Source: Diadema antillarum (lineage: Eukaryota). From it: 64,000 bases of DNA. The position numbers and the translations under genes are program-made. A model generated the notes under the pieces. That model did no database searches. It worked only from the letters and a program-made list of their open reading frames with translations, and was not told where the DNA came from. The stretch covers positions 2,480,001-2,544,000 of the forward strand of contig NW_027270922.1 in NCBI RefSeq assembly GCF_040938485.1, given 5' to 3'. This document shows positions 10,710 through 24,302 of this stretch, piece after piece. Position 1 is the first letter of the stretch. Each line of letters starts with the position of its first letter.

Positions 10710-11268
10710 AGGACAAGTTCACCTTCATAGACATGTGGGTTGAGTGAATGGAGCAATATTAGTAGAACACATCAATGAGAGTTTGAGGAAAATCGGACAA
10801 TCCGTTCAAAAGTTATGAATTTTTGAAGTTTCTGCTCAGTCACGGCTGGATGAGAAGACTACTATAGCTTGTGATGTCATAGGAGTACAACTATATAAGG
10901 AAAGTATAAAGAAAATCAAAGATATTCTCACTTTTCTCACATAATAAAAGAACACTCGACTTCTCTTTTTCAGAAGTCAGGGGGAATAATATTACCCCTA
11001 ACATAAGTCAGTAACAAGTCGAGGAAATGTGCACTTTAGTCAAAAAGTCAAGTTTTGTGGAATTCCCTTTTTATTTTCCTTATATTGTTGTACGCATGTG
11101 ACATCATACACTGCAGTAGTCTTCTCATCCAGCGGTGACTGCACAAAGACTTCAACAATTCTTAACTTTTGAACGGATAGTCCGACTTTCCTCAAACTTT
11201 CAATGATGTGTTCTACAAATATTGCTACATTCTCTCAATCCTTATATTAATGAAGATGAACTTGTCCT
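10710..11268. mobile_element. Kolobok-type non-autonomous element, family B, copy 1 (559 bp, long TIRs)
   Basis: TTAA|AGGACAAGTTCACCTTCAT...ATGAAGATGAACTTGTCCT|TTAA; imperfect inverted arms extend ~200 bp; a homologous copy lies at 42585-43153. Confidence 0.85.
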
Positions 11269-12278
11269 TTAAACGAGATCAAGTATTGTCCGTCCTCGCC
11301 TTGTGTACCCTAATCCTTCCCCACCTCACTTGTATAATTGATTATATGGAATGCGTGTGTCTAATTGCCAACTGTATAATTGTCGAGATAATAAGAAAGA
11401 GCAAACAATCGTTTCTCTCCCAAGAACCTCCCTAAGACCAGGCGTCCACTAGGGCGCGGACAAGTCGCGGACAAGCCCCGGAATGCAAATTTGGTATTCC
11501 GCACTCCTTCGGGAACCTGTCCGCACGTTCCTGAACGTGTCCGCTCACTGTCCTAAACATGTCCGGGCGTTTCTGCGCCTTCGGGAGAGAGAAAAATTTC
11601 CGCGTCCAAATTTTGATCGAGACCAAAATCTGGACGCGGAAATGAACTTCCTGACACCTTCGGCGACTTGTCCTGACGATGTCCTGACGATGTCCCGCTT
11701 GTCCGGAACCCTTCCGCTCCTTCCGCATACGCTCCGGAAAGAATTCCGCGGTGTGGGGAAGCTTCGCGAATGAAAGCGGAAGACACCAGGAATGTTTCAG
11801 GACAGCGCGGAGCCGATGCGGATCTATATATGCCAGTGTCCGGAACCGATGCGGAAATTTTGTGATCCAGACACGAAAATGTCGACACTTTCCGCGAGCG
11901 TCATGCCAATGAAACGCAAAATGAGCTAGAAGGGAGGCGAGGCCCCCATGCAAATATCCCCATCACAGGCACACCTTTCGTCTAGTGATGAAGAACAGGT
12001 AAATCTAAGGAATTTCCGGTCTCAGAAGGCAAAGAAGAAGGTAGTAGAGACTGTGCCAAAAGCAACCAGAAAGAAGTGAAATCAGCCCCCTAACTTCCTA
12101 GTAAGTTTATGTTGATTAAATCTTTTCAGAAATTATTTTTCATCTGAGTGACTTTCCTGGTTCCTATTACTTACTATGGTACATTTTCCTTTATGTTGTT
12201 TTCGTATTTTATTTGCAAACAAACTAGGTTGTCCCATGGAACAGCCCAGCTGAAAAATCACAAAAGTAGGTGGAAGTA

Positions 12279-12622
12279 CACTCAGAAAAAAAAAGCATAG
12301 AATTTTTGGCTAAATGTTAATGTATGATATAAACATGAATAAGTTGTTATTCATACGTAAATGCTTTCTAATGATACAACATATTAGAACAAAAGACGAA
12401 TTCATCACCCTAAAAAGCATGAATTCAATGGCAAAGATATACCTGTGGTCTCATTACAATGCAATATCTTTGAAGCCCAAAATAACAATGAAAGCTAAAG
12501 ATAATGGAGGAAAATGAAGAATTTTCTGTCAAACCAAAATTCAAGTGAAATGAGAGAAAAAGCAATAAATCATGAACTCGAAAAAGTATTAGATTTCTGT
12601 CTGTCTTTTTTTTTGCTGAGTG
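12279..12622. mobile_element. Nested TA-flanked MITE (CACTCAG termini), left-arm copy
   Basis: TA|CACTCAGAAAAAA...TTTTTTGCTGAGTG|TA; the mirror copy is at 15677-16031. Confidence 0.7.
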
Positions 12623-13051
12623 TATATATTTAAGTACACATTAAGAATCAAAAATCATTTCAGAAATATTCTTTACCTAAATGATTTTCGAAGTTGTTAT
12701 TACCTAATAATTTTATCTTCTCTTTTTGTTTTAGTTGCAAATAAACTCGATTGTCCAATTTGACAGCCCAGCTGAACCCCCCCCCCAAAAAAAAAAACCC
12801 ACTTTATTGACAATAGGCTAGTAAGCTCTAAGCATGAAAAAAAAAACACTTCTTGGACTTGAATCATTGCAAAATGTTCAAAAGTGATCAAAATAAGAGA
12901 GATTTAGAGATGCACAAGGGTACAAATGAGAGAAAGAAAAAAAATAATGATTGGGATCATTTTGGCATGCTCTGCAGAAGTATCAAACAAAACATGTATA
13001 TACTTCACGATGGATAAAGCACATGTGTAAAAAAGGGAATAAAGAATATAT

Positions 13052-13120
<69 letters not shown>

Positions 13121-13125
<5 letters not shown>

Positions 13126-13241
13126 TAACAAAACTGCAACAAAGTTCATGCTGTATTCACCACCGGTTTTTTATTTCTTGTGAAGAAATAAACCGTTGGT
13201 GGTGAATACAGCATGAACTTTGTTGCAGTTTTGTTACTTAT
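13121..13241. repeat. ~120-bp self-palindromic module (mini-MITE) in the left arm
   Basis: ATAAGTAACAAAACTGCAACAAAGTTCATGCTGTATTCACC...GGTGAATACAGCATGAACTTTGTTGCAGTTTTGTTACTTAT; the counterpart is at 14523-14635. Confidence 0.9.
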
Positions 13242-13274
13242 CTTTTTATCTTGCCAACACGTGGACTACCTTAT

Positions 13275-13309
<35 letters not shown>

Positions 13310-13423
13310 CATATATATGTATATAAATTTACATTTTTATGTATATCATAATATACATATATATATTTATATATATACATATATATGTATATAAATTTAC
13401 ATTTTTATGTATATTATAATATA

Positions 13424-13496
<73 letters not shown>

Positions 13497-14522
13497 ATGG
13501 TTCAAAAATTTTGCGAATATCATCCATGTGACTGTAGGCAGAGACAAGATTGTTCTCCCAGATGAGACAAATTAAAAAAAAAATGAGTCGTCAGCCGACA
13601 TGCAGACAATCCTATTCTTCGACTTTTGGTGATCACATTTATAAAATGATATTGACATATCATATCAATATAATATCAGCAGCTACTGCGGAAGCACAAC
13701 AAGGAGCATCAATGACGGCTAGCAGTCAAATGAGGGAAAGTCAAAATCAGTGCCAAATTTATACCTTTCCATTTTCCTGGTATTGTCCGCAGTTTGTCCG
13801 CATGCCTAACTGACATTGTCCGGAAGGCATCCTGATTGTCCGCGTTCATTCCTGGTGTAATCCTAGATGTTTCCGCGCTGCCCGGCTACGATTAGCATAT
13901 TCCGAGGTATTTCGCGCTCTTCCGGAGTGATTCCTAGGAATGTCCGCAGTCAGTCCGCGGACTGTCCGCGGACTGACTGCGGACATTCCTAGGAATCACT
14001 CCGGAAGAGCGCGAAATACCTCGGAATATGCTAATTGTAGCCGTGCAGAGCGGAAACATCTAGGATTACACCAGGAATGAACGCGGACAATCAGGATGCC
14101 TTCCGGACAACACAAGTTAGGCATGCGGACAAACTGCGGACAATACCAGGAAAATGGAAAGGTATAAATTTGGCGCTGACTTTGACTTTTCCTCATTTGA
14201 CTGCTAGCCGTCATTGATGCTCCTTGTTGTGCTTCCGCAGTGGCTGATGATATTATATTAATATGATTGGTCAATATTATTTGATAAATGTGACCACCAA
14301 AAGTCGAAGAATAGGATTGTCTGCATGTGGGCTGACGACTCATTTCTTTTTAATTTGTCTCATCTGGGAGAACAATTTTTTCTCTGCCTACAGTCACATG
14401 GATGATATTCAAAAACTTTTTGAACCATATATACATAAAAATGTAAATGTATACATATATATATATATACACATAATATATCATGTTGATAAGGTAGTCC
14501 ACGTGTTGGCAAGATAAAAAGG

Positions 14523-14635
14523 TAAGTAACAAAACTGCAACAAAGTTCATGTTGTATTCACCAACGGTTTATTTCTTCACAAGAAATAAACCGTTGGTGA
14601 ATACAGCATGAACTTTGTTGCAGTTTTGTTACTTA
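14523..14635. repeat. ~113-bp self-palindromic module in the right arm
   Basis: TAAGTAACAAAACTGCAAC...GTTGCAGTTTTGTTACTTA, mirror of 13121-13241. Confidence 0.9.
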
Positions 14636-15101
14636 TGTATATATACATATATACATATATATATATACATATTATTCTTTATTCTCTTTTTTTTAGACCA
14701 GTGCTTTATCCATCGTGAAGTATATGCATGTTTTGTCTGACACTTCTGTAGAGCATGCCAAAATGATCCTAATCATTAAATTTGTTTTTCTTTCTCTCAT
14801 TTTTACCCTTGTGCATCTCTAACCCTCTCTTATTTTGATCACTTTAGAACATTTTCAAGTCCGAGAATTTTTTTTTCATGCTTAGAGTTTACTAGCCTAT
14901 TGTCAATGAAGTGTAAAAATGGGGAAATATTTTTAACCTACTTTAATTAACTTTTTTTGGGGGGGGGGTTCAGCTGGGCTGTCAAATTGGACAATCGAGT
15001 TTATTTGCAACTAAAACAAAAAGAGAAAAAATTATTAGGTAATAACAACTACGAAAATCATTCAGGTAAAGAATATTTCTGAAATGATTTGTGATGCTTA
15101 A

Positions 15102-15654
15102 AGGTAGGGGATACCTTTTACAGACCTCCCAAAAGCAGCAAAACATTACATATGAACCTCAGGGGACTTGTTTAGGCCACTACTGAGAAATTTGGAAGTC
15201 AACAGTTATCTACAATTTGAATAATGCACAAAACTCAACTACTCAGTAGTTCTGTGTGTCAGCCACACTTAAGCCTTTTTGTTGCAGTCTTCTGTATTTT
15301 TTTAATTTATAAACAAAAATCTAAAAGTATAAAAGCTGATGTCATAACATATAGAGTGTGTGGCAAGAATGTATATAAAAATGTTTGTAAGTTTTGATGA
15401 ACTTTCTTCACAAAATATACATGATGAACACACATGCAGTGCATGGGTCTGCAAAGGTAGCCTAGTAATGTACTGGAATTTACGGTGAGCCCCGAAAAAA
15501 ATTCAATTCAAAATCTAACGGTCAATAAAAATGTACTAAATGTTACCTTCCACTTTCAATACTTTATGGGAGTTTCTAAAATGATACTCTATTCAACATA
15601 CCACTGTATTTATACAACTCTTCATTTAAGGTACGCAAATGGGATTCCCTACCT
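15102..15654. mobile_element. Kolobok-type non-autonomous element, family C, copy 1 (553 bp), inserted in the right arm of the foldback
   Basis: TTAA|AGGTAGGGGATACC...GGGATTCCCTACCT|TTAA. The mirror position in the left arm (~12638-12643, CATTAAGAATC) has one TTAA and no insert. A near-identical copy lies at 22727-23274. Confidence 0.92.
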
Positions 15655-15676
15655 TTAATGTGTACTTAAATATATA

Positions 15677-16031
15677 CACTCAGCAAAAAAAAAACAAAAA
15701 CAAAAGAAAGACAGAAATTTAAAACTTTTTCGAGTTCATGATTTATTGCTTTTTCTCTGATTTCACTTGCATTTTGAAGTGACAGAAAATTCTTCATTTT
15801 CCTTCATAATCTTTAGCTTTCGTTGTTATTTTGGGCTTCAAAGATATTACATTGTAATGGGACCACAGGTATATCTTTGCAATTGAATTCATGCTTTTTA
15901 GTGTGATGAATTTGTCTTTTGTTCTAATATATTGTATCATTAGAAAGCATTTACGTATGAATAACAACTTGTTCATGTTTATATAATACATTAACATTTA
16001 GCGAAAAATTCTATGCTTTTTTTTCTGAGTG
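15677..16031. mobile_element. Nested TA-flanked MITE (CACTCAG termini), right-arm copy
   Basis: TA|CACTCAGCAAAAAA...TTTTTTCTGAGTG|TA, mirror of 12279-12622. Confidence 0.7.
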
Positions 16032-16882
16032 TACTTCCACCTACTTTTGTGATTTTTCAGTTGGGCTGTCACATGGAACAACCTAGTTTGTTTGCAAATA
16101 AAATACGAAAACAACATACAGGAAAATGTACCATAGTAAGTAATAGGAACCAGGAAAGTCACTCACATGAAAAATAATTTCTGAAAAGATCGAATCAACA
16201 CAAACTTACTAGGAAGTTAGGGGGCTGACTTCACTTCTTTCTGGTTGCTTTTGGCACAGTCTCTACTACCTTCTTCTTTTCCTTCTGGGACCGGAAATTC
16301 CTTAGATTTACCTGTTCTTCATCACGAGACGAAAGGTGTGCCTGTGATGGGGATATATGCATGGGGGCCTCGCCTCCCTTCTAGCTCATTTTGCGTTTCA
16401 CTGGCATGATGCTCGCGGAAAGTGTCGACATTTTCGTGTCTGGATCACAAAATTTCCGCATCGGTTCCGGACACTTGCATATATAGATCCGCATCGGCTC
16501 CGCGCTGTCCTAAAACATTCCTGGTGTCTTCCGCTTTCATTCGCGAAGCTTCCCCACACCGCGGGATTCTTTCCGGAGCGTGTGCGGAAGGAGCGGAAGG
16601 GTTCCGGACAAGCGGGACATCCTCAGGACATCGTCAGGACAAGTCGCCGAAGGTGTCAGGAAGTTCATTTCCGCGTCCAAATTTTGGTCTCGATCAAAAT
16701 TTGGACGCGGAAATTTTTCACTCTCCCGAAGGTGCGGAAACGCCCGGACATGTTTAGGACAGTGAGCGGACACGTTCAGGAACGTGCGGACAGGTTCCCG
16801 AAGGAGTGCGGAATACTAAATTTGCATTCCGGGGCTTGTCCGCGTCTTGTCCGCGCCCTAGTGGACGCCTGGTCTAAACGTA

Positions 16883-16892
16883 TACACACACA

Positions 16893-16945
<53 letters not shown>

Positions 16946-16953
16946 ATACACAC
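16883..16953. repeat. (CA)n microsatellite abutting the right end of the foldback
   Basis: Directly visible. Confidence 0.95.
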
Positions 16954-19000
16954 CCATCATCTTGAAAAGGGGATACAACGTATGAGCAAAATAACGGTTA
17001 ACATTTCTGTCTTTCCCTCAATACCACAGAATGAAGACACACAACATCTTTCTACAGTCTGAAGCTATTTATACTGCTAAAACAGGAATGTTTTCATCCC
17101 CTACTAGACTTAAACAAAATGAGGGTCTATGATACCAATATGACTGAGTGATAGGCCGCAGGAAACAATCACAGCAAAAAAAACAACAACAACAACATAC
17201 TAATGCGAAACAAAAAAAGAGAAAAATATGGGACTGTGAAACACGTGCTCTGAATAATTAAACTATATGTAAATTCAATTGACTTCAACGACAGATAGTG
17301 TGACAGAGTGAGAGTGTGAAAGCGAAAAAAAAAGGAAAGGAAAGGAAACATAGGCATCAGTATAAATCATAAGGAAAATACATATATTCTATATATTCTA
17401 TAACATACGACACCATTCTGATATGAAAATATGTCAATTTCATCAACTAGAGCAAAGACTGAAAGCCTGCCTTTAAGGTGAAAGAGAGGTAAACCTAAAA
17501 AGTGTGACACTTAAACTTAGTGCGCGTGAGGCACGTACATTATTTTATACTTTGCTTTTGATTTCTCCGCTTAGCTGCACTTATACGTTTTTAACACCAA
17601 TATATCAAAATATATTGTTACAGAACCTTACTGTTGCCAACATGAGATTTTCCAAGAGAGTTTGTTAATGGTTACCCTTAGAAATTTAACGCGGGGAACA
17701 TTTTGTAATCCCATCAAAAATAATGTCAACCCTAGTCATCGATTCGCTGCATGGAATACAGCTGCCATTATGAGTCATACACATGTGGATTTTCGAGTAT
17801 CGGTGTTGAGGTAACCTATGACATGGTATCGCTTTGTCGCGACAGCAAACTTACAGTTATGGCAAAGAACGAAGTACATTACTGTTTGCATTTACAAAAG
17901 ATATTGACATGTTTAAAGGGAATATTAGTAAGTGCCACTAGTGTGCAAGTGACGGAAAACATTTGTGTATTAAAGTTATGTCAATTCTAGAATGGCAAGA
18001 CAGTGGACGTATTCAGATAATGCATGCAAGGGCGGAACAACAAGCTCAATGCGATTCAAAATACAACCAGACTACAACCAAGAGGCCATGCAGCATAGAG
18101 CCCAATTAGCAAAAATATAGTCATTACCTGCTCATGGCATGCAAAATAAAAATGCAATTTTCAAATATACATTTTTACTGCACTTCTAACGATTTTCTAA
18201 TATTCTATTCCAAGAAAGGAATAGTATTTGATACACAAGGGGTTTTGTTTGCTTTGAAGATTGTTGTATCAAAATGCTTGAGAGCCTATTAAACAGACAT
18301 CCAGGGCAATTCCCTGAAGACTGATTCTTCAAAACTACATGAACCTACACGGTTCGAAACTTTTGACCATAATGTTTGGAGGTTTATTCTCCTTATCTTC
18401 AATAATTTTCGTGCTGCATTAGGATATCAATATCCTGGGATCCTTTCATGACTTTTATGAAACATAGCAAGAATAAAACCACATGTTGCAAGGACCAATG
18501 GTGTAATTTCTTTAATCGCAACCAAAGAATGATTTCATTTTAAAGATTTGTGATGTTTCTTTTTCTGCAAGTAAAAGCAATTTTACCCGATGCCTCCTAT
18601 AGAATGTTATTGCATGCTTTTTTCTGTCGAACACGAACAAGACAATGAGACATGTAGACTAGAAATGCAACGTGACTCAAGCTATTTAGTTAGGGTCAGT
18701 TTAGTTTGAAGAAAAATCTACCAGTACTTATATGGACCTCAGCAAACCAATTATTCAAACAGCACTCAGCGTGAACCTTAGAGCACAGTACTATGAACAC
18801 CTCTGCTATACGGAGTTAACTGATTGCCAGTTCAATTACAATCAAATTATTGTACTTTGTGCCCAAGGCGTCTAGCCTGGTGTCCAGGCTGTAGAAATGC
18901 ACTGTATCTCATTTTCATCGTTCTTCATTATAAACATTCTCATAGCCTTCATGTGCTTTCTCGCCTACCTGGTTGCCCTAGTGTATACAAGGTATACCCA

Positions 19001-19195
19001 NNNNNNNNNNNNNNNNNNNNNNNNNNNNNNNNNNNNNNNNNNNNNNNNNNNNNNNNNNNNNNNNNNNNNNNNNNNNNNNNNNNNNNNNNNNNNNNNNNNN
19101 NNNNNNNNNNNNNNNNNNNNNNNNNNNNNNNNNNNNNNNNNNNNNNNNNNNNNNNNNNNNNNNNNNNNNNNNNNNNNNNNNNNNNNNNNNNNNNN
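19001..19195. other. Assembly gap (N run)
   Basis: Run of N. Confidence 1.
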
Positions 19196-20079
19196 ACATA
19201 TACAGATGCGAGAGAGAGGGAGAGAGATAGGAAGTGCGCGTTTGCCTGTTTGGTTGAAAGTTATGATAATGATAGATATAAAAAGATAAAATAATAAGAT
19301 AGAGAAAATGAGTTATGATAATATTCATACATACATAATTTTCAATACAGTACTACGCTTCGATCGGCACAACGCTCACAGTATAACAGCCGAGATTCTG
19401 TACGATCAACGATTTAAAAAAAATCGAAATAGACACATCAAATTTTAGCCAATGAATGCGTTTACTAGGTATATACATTGATGTGATTATGTTTTGTGCA
19501 ATTCTGGAAACTCATTCCGTCAATAAAACTGTGCATAGATCGTGTCTCTACACATTTGGTTCATCCAAAGCACACGATCAACAGACAGATAAACAAGAAT
19601 TCTCTGCATAAACTAATTGTCTTGTTTGCTGAAATGACAGATAATCATGTTAACTGCTGCAATGTTCTCATCGAGCAACTTGGTAGTAGGAAATACCTGT
19701 TCCGACCTGGAAGCTAGGCTACAGAAAATACAACGAATGGGGTGCTAGACATCATTTGTTTATCTTACACTACAGTTGAACAAACTTTACATCAAATCTG
19801 CACACTTTTACAGTAAGATCACTTGTACACCGATAACGTCTCATCTTTGCATTGCCCTGATAAAGTTCCGAAAATGTAGCAAATTAAGGGGCGTGAGAAT
19901 GCATGACCACTCGATAAGGATATAAAAGTAAATAGTAAATCAAATTTTAAATGCCGATCATTTCACCAATCTTTTAGTTAGTGTTAATCTAACACTCAGA
20001 AAGTTGGATTTGCCATTTCATTTTAGAGTGTATATATAAATACATACGCATTCATTATATACATATACATACACACACA

Positions 20080-20130
<51 letters not shown>

Positions 20131-21222
20131 GATAGTCTGCAGGTTTTGGCGAAATGCTGTATTCTCAAGAGTGTAGTTTGTGTGAAACAGATGTTGATTA
20201 GTTTGATCAAATTGATTAAGATAGCTTTTTTGTATTGTGAGATCTATACAGAATATTGATGTTTTATTGTATGTTAAAAAAGGATGTGATTCATCAGCAC
20301 AAGTGAAGAATGCAGCTGCTTATTTTTTGTTCGTATTGTTTCTTTGTGAAAATAATGCTGAAATTCAATGAATTCAAATAAAGACTAGCATAAGAAAAAA
20401 ATCGTGTCTGTGTGTGTACGTGTTTGAAAAAATAGTGATCTTAATACTTCCTGTCCAAAATGTAAAATGTCTTCAGATCTCGTAGATCACAAGAATACAG
20501 TTTGAATTCTCATTAGAAATCAGACCGGCTGTCACTTGCTTAACTATTCTACTCAGGAGTCGTTGTTCTTTGTTTAAAAAGAAAAAAATTAAGAAAATAA
20601 TTCCACCCTTTTTAACGAAAAAACCCCCACCCAAATCAATCATGTGTTTTATGTTTTTCCAAAATGTAACTTCTACGTGTGAATTTAAATAATGTTGAAA
20701 AATTTAATCGAAACAGATTTTTCTTTAATTTTTCCTCTCTTTACATCAGACCTTGAAGAATGCCACACTTAAACTTCGCTATTACTCGTCGATCGATTGT
20801 TCACGAAATTCGTTTGCATCTTTCAATCAGATTCCATTGCTGCAGGTTTTTTTTTTTTTTTTGGTCTTCTTTTTAATCCATACCTCCCTCTTCTAACCTG
20901 AGGGTCAGTTGATGTCTACAATTCAAATCTTAGCCAGCATAATTATGATTATGACTACTACTTGAACAGTTTTCACAAGATGACATTTGAAAAGAATGAA
21001 ATGATGCATGATAAGGATTACAGCCCACGAAAAAAAAAAAACAACTCTGAAGTTTTTCCATGATGCATTGTTTCTTTCCGGGACATATTTTCGTTTCATA
21101 TCATACGAAAGCAAGACGGAATTCAAGAAAAATCTATTTCTACTTCTATTTCTTTTTTTAAAATATTTATTTCGTTCAGTCTTCATCCTGAATGGGATAT
21201 CATGACATTTTTTTTTTCTTGT

Positions 21223-21273
<51 letters not shown>

Positions 21274-22028
21274 AACAGAGTCATACTGAACAGTGCTGAA
21301 TGTCATTCAGTATTCTTACGTCACTTGCTCATTATAATCAAGCTATCTTCAGGTTTCATTTCCAATGCAAAATTGTTAAAAGACCTGGCGTGTACCCTGT
21401 CTTCTTCTTGTTCTCTTCCTTTTAAGCTTCCTTTCTCTTCTTTTTTTTCTGTTTATTCGTTTCTTCATATTCTTCCTGCTTCCCCTCCTCTCCCTCTTTG
21501 TTTTTGTTGTTTCGCTTGATATGCTATGCCTGTTCTCCGATTGACGAAAACGAATAGGGCGCTATTACACAATTATGAGATTAGTGAGGAATGTTTGGCT
21601 GCAGCAGGACGATCTTTCCATGACAGAAAGGCTTAGATTGAGTTTGACTTGAAACTTTTGTTACCCGTACCTTTCTTCAAGTCTTTTGATCGTTCTCATT
21701 CTAATCTTAAATTGATTGATTTGATTGACTGACGTATATTGAGAAAAATAAAATCTTACAGATCAATCAATTAAATAATTGTTTATGAAAACTGTAATAG
21801 GGAGTCAGGACTGGAAGTTGAGACGCATTTAAAAAAGAGAGTAGATAAAAACCGTCAGGAAACCTAAGGTTTTTATTTCTGCTCAATTCAGTTGTGTATT
21901 TCTGAAAACGGTATAACTTGTAACGATGCCATAATATACATCTGAATGATAGTGTATGAAGGGAAAATCGTCAGATAACCTTATAGTGCAATCCCTATAT
22001 ATTATCTATTTTATATCAGTTGGTAATA

Positions 22029-22281
22029 ACTGTAAAACCCAAAATTTCGTGTGCATGAAATTTTCGGGGAGTCAAGATTTGCGAAATTGATGGAAGTGAA
22101 AATAAAGTTGAATCTTGAATCTTAAATCTTGAAATTAAAACGCACGCAAAAAAATTCTTGTTTGCACTATATATGCATTGAATGCCATTGGCAATTTGTG
22201 AAAATTTTATGCCTCGTAGAAAAAGGCCGTCGGTTTCAATTTGCACACGTTTCATGTCACGAATATTTCAAGCTTTAAAGC
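22029..22281. mobile_element. Degenerate Tc1/pogo-like MITE
   Basis: Left end ACTGTAAAACCCAAAATTTCGTGTGCATGAAATTTTCG and a degenerate inverted right end (TTTCATGTCACGAATATTTCAAGCTTTAAAG). TSD not clear. Confidence 0.4.
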
Positions 22282-22528
22282 AGACAAGCGTGAGCACAAG
22301 AAACATCATATTTACATGAAATCGATTTTGTAACGCTGTTAAATATTTAGGCAAATACTAACCTTTATTGTTTTTTGGAAAGGAATAAGTTATCAAACAC
22401 ACAGTGAACTTGAAAACATGCACTGAAAGAAAGATGAAAAAGGTTTCACTCACAAAACTAATTAATCGATTCACTGATTCAGGGATCTATACTGAACTTA
22501 GGTGTTGTTAAAATATCATATATATATG

Positions 22529-22606
<78 letters not shown>

Positions 22607-22726
22607 TATAAACATGCAAATCTGACTTCTACAAAACGCGTGTTCATACGTCTTGAGATTTAACTACGCGATTTTTTTAAGGCAATCGTGTATTATTGCG
22701 TCCTACTTCTCCTACCCCATCTTTAA

Positions 22727-23274
22727 AGGTAGGGGATACCTTTTACAGACCTCCCAAAATGCAGCAAAACATTAAATATGAACCTCAGGGGACTTGCTTA
22801 GGCCACTGCTTAGAAATTTGGAAGTTAACAGTTATCTAAAATTTGAATAATGCACAAAACTCAACTACTCAGTAGTTCTGTGTGTCAGCCACACTTAAGC
22901 CTTTTTGTTGCAGTCTTCTGTATTTGTTATCTATAAACACAAATTTAAAAGTACAAGAGCTGATGTAATAACATAGAGTGTGTGGCAAGAATGTATATAG
23001 AAATGTTTGTAAGTGTTGATGAACTTTCTTCACAAAATATACATGATGGACACACATGCAGTGCATGGGTCTGCAAAGGTAGCCTAGTAATGTACTGGAA
23101 TTTACGGTGAGCCCCGAAAAAAATTCAATTCAAAATCTAACAGTCAAAAAATGTACTAAATGTTACCTTCCACTTTCAATACTTTATGGGAGTTTCTAAA
23201 ATGATACTTTCTTCAACATACCACTGTATTTATACAACTCTTCATTTAAGGCATGCAAATGGGATTCCCTACCT
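22727..23274. mobile_element. Kolobok-type non-autonomous element, family C, copy 2 (548 bp)
   Basis: TTAA|AGGTAGGGGATACC...GGGATTCCCTACCT|TTAA, same orientation as 15102-15654 with only scattered differences. Confidence 0.92.
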
Positions 23275-24302
23275 TTAAGCAATTACTACCTCAAGAGATC
23301 GCATACTGCCTTAGAGGGAGATATGCATATAAAGAGAGAGAGAGAGAGAGAGAGGGCGGAGAGGGAGAGAATTAATGGGAAGGGGGAGAGGGAAGGTAAG
23401 GAGGGAGAAAGAGAAGAGGGGAAGAAGAAAAAACTTTCATGGTAAAAGATGTTGACGTAACAAACATTTAAAGAAATCATTTTGCTGATTTTTGCTTTCC
23501 TGAAGTGATTTGTTGCCTACATGAGAAACGAACAGAAGATGGGAGAGAATTTCCTCGAACGTGCCCTGATTATCCACCTATATATATGGTAACACCCTGT
23601 AATAGCCATACTGAAAGACCCTGAGGATACGACCATATCAAAAAGAGATTTAACAAATAGGCCTCCAGCTAGTACCTCCCCTTTCCTTTAATTCCCCCTT
23701 GGCTGTCTTTCTCCGTACTGCAAAAATCCTAAGAGCACACATGCTAATTAAACACACTTACAGACATTCACGTCAAGTCTGGAAAGAGACGAACGTGCGA
23801 TTTGAATGCATCTCATTGATTGATCCCTTCGATTTTAGCAGCACATTGTTCCATGCATCTGTCAATATGTTGCGTGCACGTAAAATGGACGACTGAAACA
23901 TACATAGACATACGTGAAAAGAGCTGGAAAGGGACTATCATTCTCCGAGCTACCCGTTGAGGAGGGGCATGTCCATACGTGAGTGCGGTCTGCAAGCAAG
24001 CTTCTGGTTACTGTGAGTGTTCGCATTTCATCAACTCTAATGAACAATAGATATTGTTTCATTGTAACTGAAATATGTCACTGTCATTGTCCATTAACCC
24101 GTCCTACTAGACACAGCACCAGAAGTGTAGCACTCGCGAGGTATACTATGGAGATCATCCTTTTAACATACCTTGCGATCGTTGTCATGGACGCTTTGCC
24201 GGTGACCTGTATAGTTGTTGTCATCTTTTAAGCATGCTATTCATGCGCGCATGTCACCATTACTGCTTCCGTACTGGTTTATCATTGAGGTTTGCAAAGC
24301 AG

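Larger units (their letters stand above)
11436..16874. mobile_element. 5.4-kb foldback (giant inverted repeat) with PIF/Harbinger-like ends
   Basis: Ends GACCAGGCGTCCACTAG... / ...CTAGTGGACGCCTGGTC flanked by TAA (11433-11435, 16875-16877). Arms 11436-13962 and 13964-16874 are reverse complements throughout and meet at GTCCGCGGAC-T-GTCCGCGGAC (centre 13963). The ORF track shows near-identical ORFs on opposite strands. Confidence 0.93.

Noticed and set aside
11432-11953. 173-aa ORF and its 202-aa mirror (16357-16965), plus overlapping 96-111 aa ORFs
   Set aside because: They lie in the GC-rich subterminal motif arrays of the foldback, have no recognisable domain, and the mirror runs into a (CA)n tract. 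The duplication reflects the inverted repeat, not coding conservation.
12904-13547. YIYI/HTHT/CVCV/K-rich ORFs here and throughout the window
   Set aside because: They are translations of (AT)n, (CA)n, (GA)n and (TTC)n microsatellites.
18824-19328. ORFs spanning N gaps (also 29625-30222, 52409-52779, 53036-53440, 57832-58116)
   Set aside because: Their length is an artefact of X codons in the gaps.
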